A stretch of DNA of 64,000 nt from an uncultured Acidobacteriota bacterium (GTDB lineage: Bacteria > Acidobacteriota > Vicinamibacteria > Vicinamibacterales > Fen-181): NCBI GenBank assembly GCA_963727765.1, contig CAVSGZ010000013.1:344491-408490 (forward strand), in the 5' to 3' direction. The notes beneath the pieces were generated by a model. The model was not told the origin of the DNA and did not search any database. It saw nothing but the letters and a program-made list of their open reading frames with translations. The position numbers and the translations under genes are program-made. Positions 20,523-29,483 of this stretch are shown piece after piece. Positions within the stretch are counted from its first letter, which is position 1; each line of letters starts with the position of its first letter.

Positions 20523-20610
20523 CGCCTGAAGCCGGATCATACGTCCCCCGGAGGGGTTGGGGCGGTTTTTCTCGAGCGCTGCCATCTGGCCGTCGTTCGC
20601 GCAGCGCCCC

Positions 20611-20638
20611 CTGAGCCCTGAGCCTTGAGCCCTGAGCC
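20611..20638 (-). repeat. 28-bp tandem heptamer array (GGCTCAG GGCTCAA GGCTCAG GGCTCAG)
   Basis: Differs at one position from the 19141..19168 copy. It lies 152 nt upstream of the ATG at 20459, in the divergent spacer shared with the histidine kinase gene. Confidence 0.8.
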
Positions 20639-20720
20639 CTTTCCCCTCCCCCATCCGGGTGACCCATTTCGCGAAAGCCGGGTGATGTGCGATGCTGCGC
20701 CCAACTCGTAGAGTGGGCGC

Positions 20721-22091
20721 ATGTACACAGCAACCTACGACGTCACAATCAACACGCGACTGGTCTTCAAGGTCTACGCCGTCGTTGCGTGGGCTACGGG
20801 CGCGGTGCTCTACGGGTGGGGCGGACTGCTTTCCCCCCTGCCGCTTGCCGGCCTGCCCTCTGCCGACCACGTCGTCGTCCGGCTGGCCGGCTCGGTCCTT
20901 CTCTGCCTCGGGTTCCTCGCGTTCGCGATGGCGCGCACGCTCGACGAGGACGGCCGGCGCAAGGCCCTCGGGTGGTGGGCCGTCGGTCACGCCGTCGCAG
21001 CGCTTGGCGTCGGCGTCCAGTTGCTGGCCGTTGTGGGTTTCCACCGCCTCGGGTGGGGCGGCGCGGTGACGCTCGGATGGCTGACAGCCGGATCCTACCT
21101 CTTTGCCGATTTCTGGCTGTACCCGAACGGAATCCCCTGGGGCGGGCTTGGGATGCAGCGGCACGACTCCGTGCTCCAGGAGCTTCGGCAACCGAGCGTT
21201 CGTCGCCTTCGATCCACCTACGAGGAGAAGATCCGGGAGGTTGCGAGCCAGGAGGAGCGCAACCGCCTGGCGCGTGACCTCCACGATTCAATCAAGCAGC
21301 AGATCTTCGTCATGCACACTGCAGCGGCGACGGCGCAGGCGCGGTTCGACGCCGACCCGGCCGGGGCCCGGTCTGCCATCAACCAGGTGCGCAATGCCGC
21401 GCGGGAGGCGACGGCCGAGATGGAGGCGATGCTCGATCAGCTTCGCGCGTCGCCACTCGAGAACAGCGGGCTCATCGAGGCGCTCAAGAAGCAGTGCGAG
21501 GCGCTGCGCTTCCGGACCGGCGCCGATGTCCGGCTGGTGGTAAAGGACCTTCCGTCCAGCGAGACGCTCCCGGTCGGCACACAGCAGGTGCTCTTCCGGG
21601 TGGCGCAGGAGGCGCTCGCCAACGTCGGACGGCACGCCCGGCCGAAGCAGGTGTCGATAACGCTCGAGTCCACGCCAATCAGTGTCCAGTTGCGCGTGGA
21701 CGACGACGGTGTCGGTTTCGATCCTGCGCAGCCTCCGGCGGGCATGGGACTCGGGAACATGCGCTCGCGCGTCCAGACGCTGGGCGGAACTCTCGCGGTT
21801 ACCAGCCAGCCTGGTTCCGGAACGGTGGTCCGGGCGTTGATTCCGTATGCACCCGCGGATGACGTGGATCTCGGCGCGTACCGCCGTCGTGCGATCTTCT
21901 GGTCTGGCCACACGCTGGCTTGGGCGGCTGTGCTCGCCTGGGCCTGCACGCGCGAGAGGGATCCGTACTTCCTGCTTCTGAACGGTGCCTTCGTCCTCCT
22001 GATCTTCTCCCAAGCCGCGCTGGTGGTGGCCGCCTACTTCCGGGCACGAACAGGGTTGTCTCACCAGCCGGAGAAGGATGGTGCGCGATGA
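20721..22091 (+). CDS. sensor histidine kinase (HisKA_3 / NarL-partner type)
   Basis: ORF 20721..22091. Has hydrophobic N-terminal helices, the H-box EERNRLARDLHDSIKQQIF and the ATPase boxes QEALANVGRHA, DDDGVGFD and GMGLGNMRSR. An unusual hydrophobic C-terminal tail follows. Confidence 0.85.
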   Translation: MYTATYDVTINTRLVFKVYAVVAWATGAVLYGWGGLLSPLPLAGLPSADHVVVRLAGSVLLCLGFLAFAMARTLDEDGRRKALGWWAVGHAVAALGVGVQLLAVVGFHRLGWGGAVTLGWLTAGSYLFADFWLYPNGIPWGGLGMQRHDSVLQELRQPSVRRLRSTYEEKIREVASQEERNRLARDLHDSIKQQIFVMHTAAATAQARFDADPAGARSAINQVRNAAREATAEMEAMLDQLRASPLENSGLIEALKKQCEALRFRTGADVRLVVKDLPSSETLPVGTQQVLFRVAQEALANVGRHARPKQVSITLESTPISVQLRVDDDGVGFDPAQPPAGMGLGNMRSRVQTLGGTLAVTSQPGSGTVVRALIPYAPADDVDLGAYRRRAIFWSGHTLAWAAVLAWACTRERDPYFLLLNGAFVLLIFSQAALVVAAYFRARTGLSHQPEKDGAR

Positions 22092-22729
22092 GTGGTCCCA
22101 TCCGCGTGGCGCTCGTGGACGACCACCGCGTGGTCTCGCGCAGCCTGAAGGCGTATCTCGAGTCGTTCCCGGACCTCGTCGTAGTGGGAAGCGCCGTCAG
22201 CGGCGAGGATCTGCTCGAGCACCTCGACGAGTGGAAGCCGCAGGTCGTGCTCCAGGACCTCCTGCTTCCCGGCGGCATGGACGGCATCGAGGCGACGCGA
22301 CGCGTGCTCGAGCGGCGGCCGGAGGTTCGCGTCGTCGCGCTGACCGCGTCGATCGACGAGGCGCGGATGATGGGCGTGCTTCGGGCCGGGGCCGTCGGCT
22401 ACGTGCGGAAGAACGCCGAACCCGAGACGCTGCTGGCGGCGGTGCGTGCGGTCGCCCGCGGCAAGACCTACATCGACCCGTCGGTGAGCGACCAGGTGCT
22501 GCATGCCTCGTCGCCACACGATGGGTTGACGGCGCGGGAGCGCGAGGTCCTCCGGCGACTCGCGCTGGGGCTCACCAACCGCGAGATCGGGGACGCGCTG
22601 TGCATCAGCGAGGAGACGGTGAAGACGCACGTGGCGAGCGTGCTCGGAAAGCTGCAGGTCGAAAACCGCGCCCAGGCCATCGTGCAGGCGCTAAGGCGCG
22701 GCCTGGTGACGCTTGAAGAACTGGAATAG
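22088..22729 (+). CDS. response regulator, NarL/LuxR family
   Basis: The internal ATG at 22088 of ORF 21920..22729 overlaps the kinase stop (ATGA). Has a REC domain (VALVDDH.., LLPGGMDG, ALTAS) and a LuxR HTH (LTAREREVLRRLALGLTNREIGDALCISEETVKTHV). Confidence 0.9.
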   Translation: MSGPIRVALVDDHRVVSRSLKAYLESFPDLVVVGSAVSGEDLLEHLDEWKPQVVLQDLLLPGGMDGIEATRRVLERRPEVRVVALTASIDEARMMGVLRAGAVGYVRKNAEPETLLAAVRAVARGKTYIDPSVSDQVLHASSPHDGLTAREREVLRRLALGLTNREIGDALCISEETVKTHVASVLGKLQVENRAQAIVQALRRGLVTLEELE

Positions 22730-22731
22730 AT

Positions 22732-22794
22732 CGGCGTTCGGCCGTGTCCTCGTCACGCGCGACACCGCCGAACGCCGAAAGCCGTAAGCCGAAC
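22732..22794. repeat. hairpin plus 28-bp tandem heptamer array (GCCGAAC GCCGAAA GCCGTAA GCCGAAC); probable bidirectional terminator
   Basis: CGGCGTTCGGC (22732..22742) is the inverted complement of GCCGAACGCCG (22767..22777). The array spans 22767..22794. It lies between the convergent response-regulator and BNR-paralog genes. Confidence 0.6.
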
Positions 22795-22799
22795 GCCTG

Positions 22800-25230
22800 C
22801 TATTTCTTGTTCTCCACCGCCATCGCATCCATCAGCCACACGCCGCGCCCGTGCGTCGCAATCGCAATCATCTTGTCGCGCGGCTGGATGTTCAGGTCGA
22901 GCACGAACACCTGCGGCAGGTTGCCGCCCAGCACGTTCCACGTCGCCCCGCCGTCGGTCGTGACGTAGACCCCCATGTCGGTCCCCACGTAGAGGATCTT
23001 CGGATTGGTGGGATCCTCGCGGATCACGTTCACCGGCCCGGCCGGGATGTTGCCCACGATGCTCTTGAACGTCTTGCCGAAGTCGGTCGACTTGTAGATG
23101 TAGGCCGCGAACTCGTCGTCTCGCTTCCCGTTCTGGGTCACGTAGACGGTGCCCTCGTTGAAGGCCGACGGCGTCACGCGCGAGATCCATTTGCGCTGCG
23201 GCAGGTTGGCCGTCAACTCGGTCCACGCCTTCCCGCCGTCCCTCGTGACCCACAGCCGCCCGTCGTCGGTGCCGGCGTAGAGAAGTCCGAAGCGCATCGG
23301 CGATTCGGCCAGCGCGAACAGCGTCTGGTACGGGATGTCGCCGAACATCTTCGGATCGTTGCCGGTCAGGTCCGGGCTGATCCGCTCCCAGGTGTCTCCC
23401 TGGTGCATCGAGCGGAAGACGTACTGGAGCCCGTGGTAGACGATGTCGGGGTCGTGCGGCGAGACGATGGTCGGCGCCATCCACTGGCCGCGCAGCGCCG
23501 GTTCGCCAGGCCCGACCTTCGGCATGATGTTGGCAACCTCGAACGGCGCCGAACCCCAGAGCGTGCGGCTCCGGGCTGGTTTGGTCACGTCGGCACGGTC
23601 GAGGTTCCCGTAATAGCTCGAGGCGTAGATGATGTCGTTGCTGCTCTTGTCGATCGCGTGCGTCGTCCCCTCGCCGCCGAGCGTTTCTTCGAACGCCTGC
23701 GTGGGGATCTTGTCGCGCCCCTTGCTCAGGTCGACGACGGCGCGGTAGCTGCCGTGGTCCTGCACCGAGCCGTAGACGCGCAACGGAGTTCCGTTGTCGA
23801 ACTCGATGTTGAAGAAGGTGGAGATCGGCAGGTTGTCGATGAACAGACGCCACGTCTTGCCGCCGTCGTACGAGATCACCACGCCGCCGTCGTTGCCGTC
23901 GATCAGGTTGTCGGGATTGGCCGGGTCGATCCAGAGCGCATGATGGTCTGTGTGGGGTCCGCGCAGGGCCTTGAACGTCCTGCCGCCGTCGGTGGACTGG
24001 TTGAGCATCAGCCCCTGGAAGTAGACGACGTTTTCGTTTGTCGGGTCGACGCGGATCTGCGAGAAGACCCATCCGTAGGTCGCCGCCGCCCCTTCCATGA
24101 ACGCGTTCGACTCGCTCACCTTCCGCCAGGTCTGTCCCTTGTTGTCTGACCGGTAGATCTCGGCGCCCCTGATCGTCCCCTCCTTCTGCCGGCCTGTACG
24201 AGTCCAGATCGCCCGGCTTGGCCTGGTGCGCGATCTCGTAGTCGTCCACGAAGGCATAGACGACGTTCGGGTTCGATCGCGCGATGTCGATGCCGATGCG
24301 GCCGCGGTGATCGGGCACCGGGAGGCCCTCGTTGATCGGTGTCCAGGTCTTGCCAGCGTCGATCGTCTTCCAGATGCCGCTGCCGGTATAGCCCTTCAAG
24401 GTGCGCGGGTCGTTCCACTTCTGCCGGATGCGCTGCCAGGTGGTCGCGTACAGGATATTCGGGTCGGTGGGGTCCATCACGAGGTCGTTCGCCCCGGTCT
24501 TCGCATCGACGTAGAGCACCTTCGTCCAGCTCTTGCCGCCGTCGGTCGTCTTGTAGACGCCGCGGTCTTCGTTGTCGGTCCACTCGTGTCCGCCGGCCGC
24601 GACATACACGATGTCCGGGTTGGTCGGGTGAATGATGATGCGTGGGATGGTGTGGGTCGAGGCGAGGCCCATGTGCTGCCACGTCTTGCCCGCATCGGTC
24701 GACTTGAAGATGCCGACGCCGGCGTTCGAGCTGCGGAAGATGTTGGCCTCACCGGTGCCGAACCAGACGATGTTCGGATCAGACGGCGCGACTTCGACGT
24801 TCCCGCCCTGCACCGATGCCGCCTGGTCGAACGCCGGTTCGAATGTGGTCCCCTCGTTCTCGGTTTTCCAGAGGCCGCCTGAGGCCGTTGCGACGTAGAT
24901 GATCCGGGTCTTGCCCTTGCGGTTGGCGACCGCCACGTCGACGACGCGACCGCTGATGCTGGTCGGCCCGAAGAACTGCCACTTCAGGTCTTTGAAGGGT
25001 GAGTTGCCGCGCATCGAGACGAACGAGTCCCAGGCCTTGAGGCGGAACGCCGCATCGGCCACGGAAGATGCGGGACCGGCGGTCGAGGCGGCGGCGGTTG
25101 CCGCGGCTTTCGGTGGTTGCGCCTTGGCGGCCGGCGCCTGGGCGGACACGGGTTGCGAAACGCTCAGTGCCAGGACAGCGAGGACGCCAAGCACTGGGGC
25201 CGTGCGGTTGAGGCAACGGAAGTTGGTCAT
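22800..25230 (-). pseudogene. secreted sortilin/VPS10-type BNR (Asp-box) repeat beta-propeller protein (paralog 2); frame broken by one extra nt at 24186..24195
   Basis: Signal peptide MTNFRCLNRTAPVLGVLAVLALSVSQPVSAQA from ATG 25230. Has Asp-boxes STDAGKTWQ, TTDGGKSWT, TIDAGKTWT, STDGGRTF, SYDGGKTW and TTDGGATW. The N-terminal part is ORF 22753..25341 up to ..GDLDSY, and the C-terminal part is ORF 22800..24257. The span is 2431 nt, which is 3n+1. Confidence 0.8.
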
Positions 25231-25265
25231 TGATAACCTCAGACAAGTTACTGACACGAAATGGC

Positions 25266-25307
25266 TTGTCAAACAACTACGAGCAGGGCGACACATATTG
25301 TATACAA
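25266..25307. promoter_or_regulatory. two candidate GntR/FadR-type operators
   Basis: TTGTCAAACAA (25266..25276) fits T.GT-N3-AC.A. TTGTATACAA (25298..25307) is a perfect 10-bp palindrome. Both lie in the AT-richer divergent spacer between BNR paralog 2 and the GntR gene. Confidence 0.35.
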
Positions 25308-25325
25308 AAACACGTGCAATACGAG

Positions 25326-26129
25326 ATGCAAAAGAGTACATTGGTGGACGTCATGACGCCCGCTCCTGGACAGGCCGTCGCCCGCCGGCCGGCCGCCCCG
25401 CACCGGCGCCCAGCGGCCACCAGCCGCAAGACCCGTCGCACTCCGCGCCGCGAGGTCACCTCGTCGGCGTATCAACGGTTGCGCGACCTGATTGTAACCG
25501 GTCGGCTGCCCCCCGGCGCTCCGCTTGTCGAGACCGAGCTTTCCGCGCGCCTCGGCGTGAGCCGGACGCCCGTGCGGGCCGCGCTGCAACGGCTGCAGCA
25601 GGAGGGGTTCGTCCACGTCGCGCGGGCCGGCTCGATGCTGCGCGCGGCGGTCGCGCCAGTGACGGCGGAAGACATGCGCGAGGTGTTCCTGATGGCGGGC
25701 GCGCTCGAGGCCTCAGCGGCCCGGCTGGCCACCGGCCTCGACGAGGCCCGGCGACGGGCGCTGGCCGACGAGATGGCGCGGCTCGCCGATGCCGTGGACG
25801 CCGCGACCTCGTCGCGGCCGCCGGAGATGCTCGACGCCCTCGGGGCGCACGCGCGCTTCCACCGCGCTTACACGGTGGCCGGCGCGGGACCCCGCCTGCT
25901 GGCCGAACTCGACGTGCTGCAGCCGCAGGCCGAGCGCTACGAGCGCATCTACGCAAGCGCCATCGCCCGCGCGCTCGATGACGGTTCCCGGGAGCACGCC
26001 GCCATCGTGGACGCGATCCGCGCCGGCGACAGCGACGGGGCCGAGAGCGCCGTGGAGCGCCACTGGCGGGCGTCTGCCGCGCGCTACGGCCAGGTGGTGA
26101 CGATTCTCGGCGAACGGGGAAACTGGTAG
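25326..26129 (+). CDS. GntR family transcriptional regulator (FCD/FadR subfamily)
   Basis: From ORF 25230..26129, with the start at ATG 25326 or alternatively 25353. Has the winged HTH YQRLRDLIVTGRLPPGAPLVETELSARLGVSRTPVRAALQRLQQEG and a helical FCD-like C-terminal domain. Confidence 0.85.
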   Translation: MQKSTLVDVMTPAPGQAVARRPAAPHRRPAATSRKTRRTPRREVTSSAYQRLRDLIVTGRLPPGAPLVETELSARLGVSRTPVRAALQRLQQEGFVHVARAGSMLRAAVAPVTAEDMREVFLMAGALEASAARLATGLDEARRRALADEMARLADAVDAATSSRPPEMLDALGAHARFHRAYTVAGAGPRLLAELDVLQPQAERYERIYASAIARALDDGSREHAAIVDAIRAGDSDGAESAVERHWRASAARYGQVVTILGERGNW

Positions 26130-26138
26130 GGGATTCAC

Positions 26139-27092
26139 GTGACCTGCGCAGCCTGGACCGACCCGGCGTTTCTCGGGATGCCCGACATCCAGGGGACCAT
26201 CCTGCGGATCGAGCGTTTCGCCATCCACGACGGCCCCGGCATCCGCACCACCGTGTTCCTCAAGGGCTGCCCGCTCCGCTGCGCATGGTGCCACAGCCCG
26301 GAGAGCCAGTCGACTCATCCCGAGTTCATGCCGCACAAGGACCGGTGCGTCCAGTGTGCCTCCTGCACGGACGCCTGCCCGTTCCACGCGGCCCCGCCGG
26401 CGGCGAGCGACGGCCCGGTGGCGCCCGCCGAGTGCACGACCTGCGGCGCCTGTGCCGAGGCGTGCCCGACGGGCGCGCGCGAGCTGGTCGGCCGGACCAT
26501 GAGCATCGAGGCCCTGATGGCCGAGATCGAGCGCGACCGCATCTTCTACGACGAGTCGAACGGCGGCGTCACCTTCTCGGGCGGCGAGCCGTTCATGCAG
26601 CCGGTCTTCCTGGCCAACATGGCCCGGTCCTGCCGCGCCGCCGGGATCCACGTCGCCATCGAGACCTGCGGCCACGCCGACACGCGCGCGCTGCTCGACG
26701 TCGCCGACGACACTGACCTTTTCCTGTTCGACCTGAAACTGCTCGACGATCGGCGTCACCGTGAATACACCGGCGCGTCCAACGTCCTCATTCTCCGCAA
26801 TCTCGAGCGGTTGATCGAGACGCCCGCCGAGATCCGCGTCCGCTTCCCGCTCATCCCGGGCGTCAACGACGACGACGGCAACGTGCGCGCCGTGGGCGCG
26901 CTGCTAGCCTCGCTCGGACTGACCCGGATCGACGTGCTGCCCTATCACCGCGCGGGGCTGGCCAAGTACGACCGGCTGCACCGCTCGTACCGACTTCCCG
27001 AGACCGAGCCGCCGACCGCCGATCGGCAGACCCACGTGGTCCGCCTCCTCGAGTCGTGCGGGCTCATCGTGCAACCAGGAGGAGCGTCATGA
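26139..27092 (+). CDS. glycyl-radical enzyme activating protein (radical SAM)
   Basis: ORF 26139..27092, with a GTG start preceded by AGGGGA and an alternative ATG at 26178. Has RFAIHDGPGIRTTVFLKGCPLRCAWC (CX3CX2C), the two ferredoxin-type motifs CVQCASCTDACP and CTTCGACAEACP, and GGVTFSGGEP. Its stop overlaps the GRE start. Confidence 0.9.
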   Translation: MTCAAWTDPAFLGMPDIQGTILRIERFAIHDGPGIRTTVFLKGCPLRCAWCHSPESQSTHPEFMPHKDRCVQCASCTDACPFHAAPPAASDGPVAPAECTTCGACAEACPTGARELVGRTMSIEALMAEIERDRIFYDESNGGVTFSGGEPFMQPVFLANMARSCRAAGIHVAIETCGHADTRALLDVADDTDLFLFDLKLLDDRRHREYTGASNVLILRNLERLIETPAEIRVRFPLIPGVNDDDGNVRAVGALLASLGLTRIDVLPYHRAGLAKYDRLHRSYRLPETEPPTADRQTHVVRLLESCGLIVQPGGAS

Positions 27093-29447
27093 CCGAGCGC
27101 GTAGCCAGGCTGCGCCAGGAGAGCCTCGACCGCCACCCCACGCTGTCGACCGAGCGCGCCGAGCTGATGACGGCGTTCTACCGTGAGGCCCCGTCTGCAT
27201 CGCTGCCGATCCTGCGGGCGCTCTCGCTGCAGTACCCTGATGGCGCGCAAGGCGCTGTGCATCATGCCGGGCGAGCTGATCGTCGGCGAGCGCGGACCCA
27301 CGCCCAAGGCGACGCCCACCTACCCCGAACTGTGCTGCCACACCCTCGAGGACCTCGACATCCTGGACTCGCGCGAGAAGATCTCCTTCGCCGTCGACGA
27401 CCACGCGCGCGCGGCGTACCGCGACACCGTCATCCCGTACTGGCGCGAGCGCTCGATGCGCCACCGGATGTTCCACGAGCTTCCCGACGCGTGGAAGCAC
27501 GCCTACGAGGCCGGCGTTTTCACCGAGTTCATGGAACAGCGCGCGCCCGGCCACACGGTGGCCGACGGGAAGATCTACGCGAAAGGCCTTGCCGGGCTGC
27601 AGGCGGACATCGACCGCGAGCTGGCCGCGCTCGACGACCTGCACGATCTCGACGCGTACGACAAGCGGCAGCAGCTCAAGGGCATGCGGATCGCCGCCGA
27701 CGCGGTGATCCACTTCGCGCGGCGCCACGCCGTGGAGGCCGCGCGCCACGCCGCCGCCGAGGCCGACCCGGTCCGGAAGGCAGAACTCGAGCAGATCGCC
27801 GCCACCTGCACGTGGGTCCCCGAACACCCGGCGCGCACCTTCTGGGAGGCGCTCCAGGCCTACTGGTTCATGCACCTCGGCGTGATCACCGAGCTGAACA
27901 CGTGGGACTCGTTCTGCCCGGGGCGGCTCGACCAGCACCTCTATCCCTACTACAAGCGCGAGATCGAAGCCGGCACGCTGACGCGCGAGCGGGCGAAGGA
28001 ACTCCTGCAGTGCTTCTGGGTGAAGTTCAACAACCAGCCGGCGCCGCCCAAGGTCGGTGTCACGGCGGCCGAGAGCGGCACCTACACGGATTTCGCCAAC
28101 ATCAGCAACGGCGGCCTGAAGGCCGACGGCAGCGATGGCGTCAACGAGGTCTCGTACCTCCTCCTCGAGGTCATCGACGAGATGCGCCTCCTGCAGCCAT
28201 CGTCGAACATCCAGCTGAGCAAGAAGAGCCCGGACCTCTTTCTCAAGAAGGCGTGCGAGGTCATCCGGAAGGGCTGGGGCCAGCCTTCGATCTTCAACGC
28301 CGACATGGTGGTGGCCGAGCTGGTGCGGCAGGGCAAGGCGGTCGAGGACGCGCGGTGCGGCGGGACGAGCGGCTGCGTCGAGGCGGGCGCGTTCGGCAAG
28401 GAAAGCTACATCCTCACCGGCTACTTCAACCTGCCGAAGGTCATCGAGATTACGCTCAACGACGGCTACGACCCGCGCACCGAGCGGCAGATCGGGCCGA
28501 AGACGGGCGACCCGTCCGCGTTCACGACGTTCGAAGAATTCCTCGACGCGTTCAGGCGCCAGCTCCAGCATTTCATCGACGTGAAGATCGCCGGCAGCCA
28601 AGTCATCGAGCGGATGTACGCGACGATGATGCCGGCGCCGTTCCTGTCGATCATCACCGACGACTGCATCAGAAACGGCCGCGACTACAACGCCGGCGGC
28701 GCCCGCTACAACACCCGCTACATCATGCCGGTCGGGCCGGGCACGGCGGCCGACAGCCTCTCGGCCATCAAGTACCACGTGTTCGATCACGGCCACGTCA
28801 CGATGCCCGCGCTCGTCAAGGCGGTGCGCGACGACTTCGTCGGCCACGAGAGCCTGCGCCAGCTGCTGCTCAACAAGACGCCCAAGTACGGCAACGACGA
28901 GGAGTACGCCGACGCGTTCGTGACGCTGCTGTGCGACGAGCTGTTCCACCGGATCGACGGGCGGCGGGGGCCGACCGGATCCACCTACCACGTCAACTAC
29001 CTGTCGACCACGTGCCACGTGTACTTCGGATCGGTGTGCGGCGCGACACCCGACGGCCGCCACGCCTGGGTGCCGGTGTCCGACGGCATCTCCCCCGCGC
29101 ACGGCGCGGACCGTCACGGCCCGACGGCGGTCATCAAGTCGGCCTCGCGCATGGATCACGCGCGCAGCGGCGGCACGCTGCTCAACCAGAAGTTCACGCC
29201 GGCGCTGCTCGAGGGGCAGGAGGGGATCGACCAGCTCGCCCACCTCGTGCGGGCGTATTTCAAGCTCGACGGGCACCACATCCAGTTCAACGTGGTGACG
29301 GCCGACACGCTTCGCGCCGCGCAGAAGGAACCGGAGAAGCACCGCGATCTGATCGTCCGCGTCGCCGGCTACAGCGACTATTTCTGCGATCTCACCAAGG
29401 GGCTGCAGGACGAGATCATCGAGAGGACCGAGCAGAAGGGGTTCTGA
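27089..29447 (+). pseudogene. hypD: glycyl radical enzyme, trans-4-hydroxy-L-proline dehydratase (HypD)-like; frame broken by one extra nt at 27236..27239
   Basis: ATG at 27089 (AGGAGG upstream) reads MTERVARLRQESLDRHPTLSTERAELMTAFY..ILRALSLQY, then shifts +1 into ORF 27183..29447. Carries EFMEQRAPGHTV, WVKFNNQPAPPKVG, GGTSGCVEAG (Cys/Glu), NAGGARYNTRYI and the glycyl site LIVRVAGYSDYF. The span is 2359 nt, which is 3n+1. The HypD assignment rests on recalled family motifs, not on a search. Confidence 0.8.
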
Positions 29448-29483
29448 CGCCGGCCGACGGCTGGGCGCGTATAATGCGCGTCC

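Noticed and set aside
19141-20638. Tandem heptamer arrays as a possible CRISPR array
   Set aside because: The units are 7 nt and directly abutting with no spacers, only 28 bp in total, and no cas genes are present.
20460-21284. 275-codon upstream extension of the Tat-M24 ORF (19173..21284)
   Set aside because: It runs through the heptamer arrays and antisense to the histidine kinase gene. MSIDRRRFLQ at 20459 is a canonical twin-arginine start.
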